From an uncultured Christensenella sp. (GTDB lineage Bacteria > Bacillota > Clostridia > Christensenellales > Borkfalkiaceae): DNA of 64,000 nt. Under the pieces are notes generated by a model. It was given only the letters and a program-made list of their open reading frames with translations, was not told the DNA's origin and made no database searches. Shown one piece after another: positions 1-7,887 of the stretch. A program made the position numbers and the translations under genes. The stretch covers positions 4,386 to 68,385 of the forward strand of contig CAJUME010000003.1 in the NCBI GenBank assembly GCA_910587015.1. Reading direction: 5' to 3'. Within the stretch, counting starts at the first letter, position 1. Each line of letters opens with the position of its first letter.

Positions 1-3000
1 ACGTTGCGGTTGATTATGACGGCAATAAGCTTGCGGGCAAGCTTGTCGCAACCAACGTTCCCGAAGAGGTTGTCGCGCTTGGCGTCAGCTATAAGTATGA
101 AATCGTGGGCGAGGACGGCGCTTTGACCGAGTGCACCGCAGACGATATTGTAAATGCGGGCGAGTACAAGGTTACCGTATCCTTCACGGTTGACAAAAAC
201 CATAAGGAAATCCCCGCAATAACCAAAACTCTTACGGTTAACAAAATCGACCCCACGCTTAACCCTTCGATTATAAAGGCGCTTTCGGGCAGACTTATCA
301 CCTTCTCGCAGCTTGTATTCAAGGATACGGATACCGCGGGCACCTATAAGTGGGTTGACGAAAGCTATAAAATGCAGGCGGACAATATCGATATCGAATA
401 TGTGTTCACCCCGACCGATACGGTAAACTATAATACCGTTACAAGAAAAATCACGTTCGTTGCAGAGCTGAAAATTTTAACGGGCATTGTTGCGGAATTC
501 GACCAGAAGGATACCGTGCTTTATACCTCGTACACTATCGAGGACGTTAAAAAGCTGATTGAGGACGGCAAAATCGGTATAACCATTACCGCAACCTATA
601 CGGACGGCGCAAGCGTTACTACCGAAAAGATAACGGAAGGCTATACGCTGTATTTGCTTAACGATGCAACAACGCTTACGGAAGGCCGCTGCAAGATAGG
701 CGTAGGCTTCGAAAACCATAAGGACGAAACCCACGTACTCAACGTTACCAAAACCGAGCTTGCAAGCATTACTCCCGAGTTCGACCAGAAGAACGTAAAT
801 ATTTACAGCACTCCCGATAATATCGAAACGCTTAAAAAGCTTATTGCGGACGGCACCGTTTCCCTCAAGGTTACGGGCACCAACAACGACGGCAAAACTG
901 CAACCGAGGAATTCACCTATACGCTTACGGGCGACTGGTCGAATCTTACGGCGGACGGCAAGGCTACGATTACGGTAACCGTAGACGGCACAAGCATTGC
1001 CGCTACGTTCGAAATCGATGTAACCGTTGCCGCAATAACCTCGATTAAAGCGGTGTATGACCAGAAGGACGCGAAAATCTTCACCTCCACCGATTTGGAC
1101 GGCTTTAAGCAGCTGTTGGCGGACGGAAATGTTTCGCTTGTCGTAACGGCGTACTACAATAACGGCAAGTCCGTTGAAATCGGTCTTGCAACCGATGATA
1201 ATCCCAACGGCTATACGCTTGCTCTTTCGGGCTCGAATTTCGAGGTCGGCGGACTTGTAAACGTAAGCTATACCGAAAACGGCAACGTGCTTCCCGCTTC
1301 GTTTGCTCCGACAGTAACGGAGGTAGAGGTGGTAAGGGTATCCGCAACGGTAAATGCAGGCTTTACAATCTACACCGATACCGACCTTGCAAAGGTTAAG
1401 GAAAATGTAACCGTAACGGCTTACCGTAACGACGGTACCAGCTTCACGGTTGCCGCAGACGACTTCTCGCTTTCCTTGCCCGATGGCGAAACCAAGCTGA
1501 CTGCGGGCGCTCAGAAGGTAATATACGTTACCTATAACGGCGCGGATAAGTCGGCTGAATGCACGGATTTCAGCCTTATAACGGGCGTATCCAAGCACGC
1601 AACACAGATTTATTATAACGGTACAACCGAATTCACCTATACCGGCAGCGAGCAGGTTATAAACAGCGGCGCAACCACAACAAGCACGCAGAACCCGACG
1701 ATTAAGTATACAATCAACGGCGCGGACGCGAAGTTTACCGATGTTCCCGCAAACGGCGAGCTGGTGCTTAAAATCACCGCAGAAGAAACGGACGACTTCT
1801 ATGCGGCGGAAATAACGCTGACCATAACGGTAAGCAAGGCTGACATTGATATGTCCGGCGTTGACTTCGATGATTTAGAATGCGAATACGATGGCGCCGA
1901 TAAGAGCATAACTGTTGATACAAGCAAGCTTCCCGCGGGCGTAACCGTACAGGGCTACGAATATATCGATACCTCGGACGGCTCAACGCTTTCCGGTTCA
2001 AGTGTAATTTCCGCAGGCGTATATAAGGTAACCGTCAAGTTCACCGTTACGGATACAAACAACTACAACCTCGTAGCTTCCAAAACGGCAACGCTTACGG
2101 TCAAGAAGGCAGACTACGATATGACGGGCGTAACGTTCGACGGCGACACTGTCGAATATGACGGCTCTGCGCATACGCTGACCATTGACGACGCAACGCT
2201 TCCTGCGGGCGTAACCGTAAAGGAATACGTTTACACCAACAAGGCAGACGGCAGCAAGGTAACCGATACGGGTGTTATAAACGCAGGCGAGTATACCGTT
2301 TCCGTAAGCTTCAACGTTGCGGATTCCGTAAACTATAACGGCGTAACCGCATTGACCGCTACGCTTACCATAACCAAGGCGCAGACGGTTATAGACACCT
2401 CAGCAATCGTAACGGACTACACCTATGACGGCTTATCGCACACGGTTGACGGCGCAACGCTTACCAAGGGCGAAACCGGCGCGGTTATAGAGTACTCTTC
2501 AAACAGAACGTTTACAAACGTACCCGCAGGCGGCAAGCTTACCGTTACTATATTCGTAAACGACAGCACCAACTATATCGGCGCTTCGGCTACGGTAGAG
2601 ATTAACATTAACAAGGCGTCGCTTACGATAACGGCGAAGGATAAGTCTATATTCTACGGCGACAGCCCTGCAAACGACGGCATAGACGAGCCCGTTGGCT
2701 TTGTAAACGGCGAAACCGTTGCAAACCTTAAAGGCGCGGCGGTTTACAGCTACGACTACGCAAAGGGCGGCAACGTAGGTGACTACGTTATCACAGTAAG
2801 CGGCTACACCTCCGCAAACTACGAAATCACCTTCGTTGCGGGCGCGTTGCACGTACTTCAAAAGACGGTTGCAGTTAGCTGGGCTACCGACAGCTATGTA
2901 TATAACGGAAAGGGTCACGCGCCCACGGCAAGCTTCCTCAGCATTGACGGCGACAAGCTTGTTATGACCGTTAGCATAGCTAAAAAGGACAGCGGCGATG

Positions 3001-4874
3001 CAATAGTGGGACTTCCCACCGAGGCTGGCGACTATGTCGCAACCGCTTCGTCTACCAACACAAACTATAAGTTTACAAACGAAACCTGCGACTTCAATAT
3101 TGTACCCGCAAGCATAACCGTAACGGGCACGGGCGACCAGTTCTATCTCAGCGGAGATAAGGAAATTACGCTCGATGCTATTGAAGGCGGCAAATACAAG
3201 TTTGTAATGCTGCAGGGCAACGTAGTGCTTGCAACGTTTGAATACAGTCAGGCACACGATGCAACGGGCGTTGTTCCCACTCCCGAACAGGAGAATGCGT
3301 TTACAAGCGCAAAGCCTTCTATAACGGCGGCGGGCAGATATGTAATCAACTACCGCATAACTGCGCTTAACCATAACGAGTACCGCGGACAGTGGACGGT
3401 AGAGGTAACGGACGATACCGAAAAATCGGTAACCATAACCTTCAAAAAGCCCTACACCGTTGAATTCGGCAACGTGCCCGAAACCGAGGACGAGTTAAAC
3501 AAGCTTGCAGAAGAGCTGTACGACGGCGGCTATATAGAGGTTGACGGGCTTGACAGAGATACCTTCCTGCAGGTTATGGCAATTCGTTTAAGAGTTGACA
3601 ACGCCAACGATGCCACGGCAGATACCGAGGTCGGCAGCTACACGCCTTACTTTGAATTCAAATCCGTATACGAACCCGTTTACGGCGGCTATGTAGTATT
3701 CTACAAGACGGAAAACAATCAGGAAAACACCAATATCGGCAAGTTCGAAATCAAGCAGAAGGAGCTTAACGTAGTCTGGGACGTCACCGACTTTGTTGCG
3801 GACGGCACGTTGCACCTTCCCAAGGCAACCGTAAGCGGCTTCAAGGACGGCACCGTTGCCGAGCTTGAGCTTGACGGCGCGGCGGGCAAGACCTTTAAGG
3901 TTGAAGCGGACGGCAAAACAATCAATATCACCGTTGGCGTGCAGGGCGACCTGACCGGCACGGGTGGACATCAGCTTGTGGTAAGCGTGGACGACGAAAA
4001 TTATAAAATCGACGTTCCCGTTCAGACGATTTCAATCAAGGCTCCTACCGAGCTTGAAATTGTATGGAACAACACAAGCGTTGTATATGACGGACAGCAG
4101 CACCTGCCCACCGCGGTTATAAGCGGCTTTGCGGGCGGCAAAACCTTCGAGCTTGTTCTTACCTCGGTAGAGGGCGGCAGCTACAACTTCGATTTGGACG
4201 GCAAAACAATAACCTTCACGGTTACTGTCGCGGGCTCCGGCAACGTGTTAACGGACGTAGGCGTCTATGCGCTTTCCGTTGCGTCAACCAGCGCCAACTA
4301 TGTAATCAAGAACCCCAACGGCACGGTAACTATTACCGCTCCCAGAAAGCTTGTCGTTACATGGAACCAGACCACCTTCGAGGAAAACGGCAGCGCGCAC
4401 CTTCCCACCGCGGTTATAAGCGGCTTTAACAACAGCGACCCCGTTTCAATCGCACTTAAAACTGTCAGCGGCGGCGTGTTCCCCGTAAAGGTAGACGGTA
4501 AAAACCTCACCTTCACAGTAAACGTAGTGGGCGAAGGTCAGTTGCTCAGGGACGTAGGTAACTATACCGTTACCCTCACGGTTGACAGCGCGGAATACGT
4601 TATCGACAACCCCGATGTGGCAATGTCCGTAAGGGCGCTTATCGGCGGCACGGGCAAGCTTTCCACGCCTTGGCTTATAGGTCTTGCGGCGGCGCTCGGA
4701 GTGCTGTTCATAATGATTATAATCGCATATATCGTTGCGGCTAAGCGTAAGCCCAAGCTTGTCGGCGGATATGACGAAGGCGGCTTCAGCGACCCTTACG
4801 ACTCCCTTGATTATATGGAAGCAGCTGTAACCGACGACGAAGGCGATGCAGACGCAGATACTGAAGAAGAATAA
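1..4874 (+). CDS. Giant cell-surface repeat protein (5' end outside window): bacterial Ig-like repeats plus MBG (YGX-type) domains, C-terminal TM anchor and acidic tail
   Basis: Same frame is open from nt 3 to TAA 4872-4874 (no stop upstream of the listed Met at 105). Repeated ..EFDQKD..LIADG.. modules, many xYDG/..AGxYxVTVxF..NYN.. MBG-like units incl. classical KSIFYGDSP unit. Hydrophobic helix PWLIGLAAALGVLFIMIIIAYIVAA (about 4669-4743), then KRKPK and a D/E-rich tail. No LPXTG. Confidence 0.8.
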   Translation, partial: VAVDYDGNKLAGKLVATNVPEEVVALGVSYKYEIVGEDGALTECTADDIVNAGEYKVTVSFTVDKNHKEIPAITKTLTVNKIDPTLNPSIIKALSGRLITFSQLVFKDTDTAGTYKWVDESYKMQADNIDIEYVFTPTDTVNYNTVTRKITFVAELKILTGIVAEFDQKDTVLYTSYTIEDVKKLIEDGKIGITITATYTDGASVTTEKITEGYTLYLLNDATTLTEGRCKIGVGFENHKDETHVLNVTKTELASITPEFDQKNVNIYSTPDNIETLKKLIADGTVSLKVTGTNNDGKTATEEFTYTLTGDWSNLTADGKATITVTVDGTSIAATFEIDVTVAAITSIKAVYDQKDAKIFTSTDLDGFKQLLADGNVSLVVTAYYNNGKSVEIGLATDDNPNGYTLALSGSNFEVGGLVNVSYTENGNVLPASFAPTVTEVEVVRVSATVNAGFTIYTDTDLAKVKENVTVTAYRNDGTSFTVAADDFSLSLPDGETKLTAGAQKVIYVTYNGADKSAECTDFSLITGVSKHATQIYYNGTTEFTYTGSEQVINSGATTTSTQNPTIKYTINGADAKFTDVPANGELVLKITAEETDDFYAAEITLTITVSKADIDMSGVDFDDLECEYDGADKSITVDTSKLPAGVTVQGYEYIDTSDGSTLSGSSVISAGVYKVTVKFTVTDTNNYNLVASKTATLTVKKADYDMTGVTFDGDTVEYDGSAHTLTIDDATLPAGVTVKEYVYTNKADGSKVTDTGVINAGEYTVSVSFNVADSVNYNGVTALTATLTITKAQTVIDTSAIVTDYTYDGLSHTVDGATLTKGETGAVIEYSSNRTFTNVPAGGKLTVTIFVNDSTNYIGASATVEININKASLTITAKDKSIFYGDSPANDGIDEPVGFVNGETVANLKGAAVYSYDYAKGGNVGDYVITVSGYTSANYEITFVAGALHVLQKTVAVSWATDSYVYNGKGHAPTASFLSIDGDKLVMTVSIAKKDSGDAIVGLPTEAGDYVATASSTNTNYKFTNETCDFNIVPASITVTGTGDQFYLSGDKEITLDAIEGGKYKFVMLQGNVVLATFEYSQAHDATGVVPTPEQENAFTSAKPSITAAGRYVINYRITALNHNEYRGQWTVEVTDDTEKSVTITFKKPYTVEFGNVPETEDELNKLAEELYDGGYIEVDGLDRDTFLQVMAIRLRVDNANDATADTEVGSYTPYFEFKSVYEPVYGGYVVFYKTENNQENTNIGKFEIKQKELNVVWDVTDFVADGTLHLPKATVSGFKDGTVAELELDGAAGKTFKVEADGKTINITVGVQGDLTGTGGHQLVVSVDDENYKIDVPVQTISIKAPTELEIVWNNTSVVYDGQQHLPTAVISGFAGGKTFELVLTSVEGGSYNFDLDGKTITFTVTVAGSGNVLTDVGVYALSVASTSANYVIKNPNGTVTITAPRKLVVTWNQTTFEENGSAHLPTAVISGFNNSDPVSIALKTVSGGVFPVKVDGKNLTFTVNVVGEGQLLRDVGNYTVTLTVDSAEYVIDNPDVAMSVRALIGGTGKLSTPWLIGLAAALGVLFIMIIIAYIVAAKRKPKLVGGYDEGGFSDPYDSLDYMEAAVTDDEGDADADTEEE
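470..1590 (+). repeat. Four tandem ~95-aa Ig-like coding repeats inside the surface protein
   Basis: Units starting ILTGIVAEFDQKDTV / LASITPEFDQKNVNI / ITSIKAVYDQKDAKI / VVRVSATVNAGFTIY share a ..LIxDGxVxLxVTAxYxDG.. pattern. Confidence 0.6.
1831..2640 (+). repeat. Three tandem ~90-aa MBG-like coding repeats
   Basis: KADIDMSGVDFDDLECEYDGADKSITVD..LPAGVTV..AGVYKVTVKF / KADYDMTGVTFDGDTVEYDGSAHTLTID..LPAGVTV..AGEYTVSVSF / a third, more diverged unit. Period 270 nt. Confidence 0.65.
3762..4637 (+). repeat. Three tandem ~97-aa coding repeats preceding the TM anchor
   Basis: ELNVVWDVTDFVADGTLHLPKATVSGF.. / ELEIVWNNTSVVYDGQQHLPTAVISGF.. / KLVVTWNQTTFEENGSAHLPTAVISGF.. Confidence 0.7.
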
Positions 4875-5034
4875 GCTTTTTAACCAAGTACCACACTGCC
4901 GGTGCGGCTACGCATTAAAAAGCTTATCCGTACCGGAATTCTCAGCCATTGCCGCATTGCCCGAAAGGGTAATTGCGGCGAGGGCGTTACCACACCCAAA
5001 ACGCGCGTTAAACCGCGTTTTAACCTACCCTAAG

Positions 5035-5073
5035 GACAGGGCGGCGCATTTGCGCCGCCCTGTCTGAATTTTT
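5035..5073 (+). terminator. Rho-independent terminator of the surface-protein gene
   Basis: GACAGGGCGGCGCA (5035-5048) / TGCGCCGCCCTGTC (5051-5064) followed by TGAATTTTT. Confidence 0.8.
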
Positions 5074-5133
5074 ATAAAAAATTTTTGTTTAAAATCTTGC
5101 CGTATTTCAATAATTAAATCGGAGGATAACGCA

Positions 5134-6114
5134 ATGTGCACTTTGATAACCTTTAAAACAAAAGCTTTTTATTTCGGCAGAACGCTCGATTTGGAGTATT
5201 CCTATAAGGAAGAGGTGGTAATAACCCCGCGCAATTTTCCTTTTGAGTTAAGCTGCGGTCAGGCGCTTACAAGCCATTTCGCAATTATCGGCACGGCGTA
5301 TGTGCCGGATAAGCTGCCGCTGTATTACGAGGGCGTTAACGAAAAGGGGCTCTGCATGGCGGGGCTTAACTTTGCCGGCAATGCAAAATACAACAAGCCC
5401 GCAGACGGCGCAAAAAATATAGCGCAGTACGAGCTTATATTATATATATTATGTACGTGCGCGCGCGTGGACGAGGCTGTGGAGGCGCTTAAAGCAATAA
5501 ATTTAACCGACCGCCCCTACGGCAAAGGCCTGCCCGTTGCAGAACTACACTGGCTTTTGGCAGACAAAAGCAAATGCGTCACCGTTGAGCTTGTTGCCGG
5601 CGGCTTAAAAATTTACGATAATCCCGTCGGCGTGCTTGCAAATAATCCGACCTTTGATATGCATATGTTCAACCTCAACAATTATATCGGTCTGTCGGCG
5701 GAACAGCCCAAAAACACCTTTTCCGATAAGCTGAATTTACAGCTGTATACAAAGGGACTTGGCGCAATGGGCTTACCGGGCGATTTATCATCGCAGTCAA
5801 GGTTTGTAAGGGCGGCGTTCAACAAGCTTAACTCCGTTTGCGGCAGCTCGGAGGAGGAAAGCGTAAACCAGTTTTTTCATATTTTGGGCAGTGTAGAGCA
5901 AACGCGCGGCGCAAACAGACTTGAAAACGGCAAATACGAGATAACTGTTTACACCTGCTGTTGCAATGCGGATACGGGCGTTTATTATTATACAACCTAC
6001 CAAAATCACCGCATAACAGCAGTGGATATGCATAAGGAAAATTTAAACGCCGATAAGCTTGTACGTTATCCGCATATCCTGCGGGAGAGCTTTGACAATT
6101 TATTAAAAAAATAG
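5134..6114 (+). CDS. Choloylglycine hydrolase family Ntn hydrolase (bile salt hydrolase / penicillin V acylase type)
   Basis: N-terminal MCTLITF..FGRTLDLEYSY..PRNFPF resembles BSH (Cys2 nucleophile, Arg/Asp pair). Length 326 aa. SD GGAGGA upstream. Confidence 0.8.
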   Translation: MCTLITFKTKAFYFGRTLDLEYSYKEEVVITPRNFPFELSCGQALTSHFAIIGTAYVPDKLPLYYEGVNEKGLCMAGLNFAGNAKYNKPADGAKNIAQYELILYILCTCARVDEAVEALKAINLTDRPYGKGLPVAELHWLLADKSKCVTVELVAGGLKIYDNPVGVLANNPTFDMHMFNLNNYIGLSAEQPKNTFSDKLNLQLYTKGLGAMGLPGDLSSQSRFVRAAFNKLNSVCGSSEEESVNQFFHILGSVEQTRGANRLENGKYEITVYTCCCNADTGVYYYTTYQNHRITAVDMHKENLNADKLVRYPHILRESFDNLLKK

Positions 6115-6149
6115 TGCCAAAATAGCCTTATAGCTCAATAGGCGTATGT

Positions 6150-6191
6150 AAAAGCGCCCCCGCAGTACACACTGCGGGGGCGCGTGTTTTT
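6150..6191. terminator. Bidirectional terminator between convergent genes
   Basis: GCGCCCCCGCAGT (6154-6166) / ACTGCGGGGGCGC (6171-6183), A-run upstream and T-run downstream. Confidence 0.8.
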
Positions 6192-6196
6192 AATTT

Positions 6197-7759
6197 TTAC
6201 AGCTTATGCTTTGCAAGCACAGCGTTAAGGTCTGCATTGTCAGGCTTTTTAAGCTTCTGTACGATATTTGCCGTTTCCGCCTCGTCCAGACACTGCAACG
6301 ATAAAACAAAGTCTGCCACGGCGGGCTTTTTCAGCATGCTTTCGGTAACCTTGTCGGCATTTTCCGTAACAAATTTTTTATAGCCTTCTGTAATTTCCGC
6401 TTGCAGCTCTTCGCCCGCGTAATACATTTCCGCATACCCGAGCAATGCGCACAGCTGATATGCCTTGCAAATTTTATCAAGCGGAATATTTTTCGCATAC
6501 AGCTCGAAGGTGGCTCTGCCCAGCGACCGCATATTAATTTTCACGTTGCTGTAAATAGTTACCTTGTTCATTCTGCATTGGTCAAACGCATAGCCCTTTA
6601 AGGTTTTTACTGTTTCGGGAATGGTTATTTCTTTAAGACCGCACAGCTCGAAGGCGCTTGTGCCGATAGCGGTAAGCTTTTCTGGCAGTTCTATATGCTG
6701 TAAGCTTTTGCCCCCTCTGAAAATGCTGCAATTAAGCTTTTTGATTTTAGACGACAGCCTTACGTTGGCAAGTCTTTTACAGCCGTCAAAAGCAAATACG
6801 CCTATGTTTACTACCGTTTCGGGCATAATCAGGTCGGTTATTTGCACGCAGTCCTCGAATGCGTGCCACGCAATATTTTTAACGCCCTTGGGAATTTCGC
6901 AAACTCCCTTTTTATATGGCATGCAAGCCTCTACGGTTGTGCCGTCTGCGGAAATAATCAATCCGTCTGCATATTTAAATCTGGTATTTCCGTCTGCTAT
7001 TGTCAGCTTTTCAAGACTGCTGCAATAGCCGAATACGCCGTAGCCAAGCTTTGTAAGGCTTGCGGGCAGGCATACGCTTTTCAACCCTTCACAATATTCA
7101 AAGGCTCTGTCGCCCAATTCCGTCAGAGTTTGCGGCAATTTAATTTCGGCAAGCTTTTTACAGCCCAAAAAAGCGGTTTCGCCAATGGCGGTAAGTCCTT
7201 CGGGCAGAATAACGCTTGTAAGCTGCTCGCAACGTAAAAAAGTATTTTCGCCTATTTGTGTTACCTTTTCGGGTATCTCTATATGCGGTAGCCTGCATTC
7301 GAGAAAAGCGCTCTTCCCGATGCTTTTAAGCCCCTTCGGCAAATTAATTTCTTCAAGGTTATTACAGCCGTGGAAGCAGTAGGCGGGCAAATTTTTCACC
7401 TTTTCGGGCACGGTTATTTTCTCAAAGCTTTGGCATACGGCAAAGGCTTGTTCGCCTATCGATACAACGCTGTCGGGAAGGTGCACGTCCTTCAGCTTGT
7501 AGCAGAAGGCAAACGCCATAATTCCTATTGTCGTAACTCCGTCGGGTATGTTTATTTCCTCAAGCTGTTCGCAGTGGCGGAATGCCTCCTGAGCGATAAT
7601 CTTAACGGTGCTTGGCAGCTTTACCCGCTTTATTTGCTTGCAACCCCAAAAGGCGTCCTGTCCTATAGTTTCCACACCCTCGGGAATTTCAAGGTTTACT
7701 GCATTGCCCTTGTATTTTTTCAGTACGTTGTTCTGAATGGTAAAGTTAACTTCTGCCAT
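6197..7759 (-). CDS. BspA-type leucine-rich repeat (LRR_5) protein, no signal peptide seen
   Basis: More than 15 repeats of ~23 aa of the form IxIPxxVxxIGxxAFxxCxxLxx. Start moved to MAEVNF (ATG 7759) which has GGGAGA 5-6 nt upstream. The longer ORF (7819) is not excluded. Confidence 0.75.
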   Translation of the reverse strand: MAEVNFTIQNNVLKKYKGNAVNLEIPEGVETIGQDAFWGCKQIKRVKLPSTVKIIAQEAFRHCEQLEEINIPDGVTTIGIMAFAFCYKLKDVHLPDSVVSIGEQAFAVCQSFEKITVPEKVKNLPAYCFHGCNNLEEINLPKGLKSIGKSAFLECRLPHIEIPEKVTQIGENTFLRCEQLTSVILPEGLTAIGETAFLGCKKLAEIKLPQTLTELGDRAFEYCEGLKSVCLPASLTKLGYGVFGYCSSLEKLTIADGNTRFKYADGLIISADGTTVEACMPYKKGVCEIPKGVKNIAWHAFEDCVQITDLIMPETVVNIGVFAFDGCKRLANVRLSSKIKKLNCSIFRGGKSLQHIELPEKLTAIGTSAFELCGLKEITIPETVKTLKGYAFDQCRMNKVTIYSNVKINMRSLGRATFELYAKNIPLDKICKAYQLCALLGYAEMYYAGEELQAEITEGYKKFVTENADKVTESMLKKPAVADFVLSLQCLDEAETANIVQKLKKPDNADLNAVLAKHKL

Positions 7760-7852
7760 AATTTTATCTCCCGTCTTTACTTCTGCGGTAATTATAACAA
7801 ATTCCAAACCGCAATGCAATACCTGATTATGTGTAAATAAAAATATTTAGGG

Positions 7853-7881
7853 TGTACAAAGCTTCATACGTGTGCTATAAT
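7853..7881 (+). promoter_or_regulatory. Candidate promoter placing the TSS at or next to ATG 7888 (possible leaderless mRNA)
   Basis: TGTACA (7853-7858) - 17 nt - TGc-TATAAT (TATAAT 7876-7881). ATG 7888 is 7 nt after the -10 and has no SD. Confidence 0.35.
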
Positions 7882-7887
7882 AAAAAT

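Noticed and set aside
477-1598. 373-aa ORF on the minus strand, plus many other long antisense ORFs such as 2499-3374, 14437-15033, 18827-19438, 41927-42667 and 54266-54883
   Set aside because: They lie entirely inside strongly supported genes on the other strand. Their translations are R/C/V/A-rich low-complexity with no motifs. They are shadow ORFs caused by codon bias.
4846-5067. 73-aa ORF in the intergenic region after the giant surface-protein gene
   Set aside because: It is composed of the stacked hairpins and the terminator, and has no SD. An RNA structure explains the region better.
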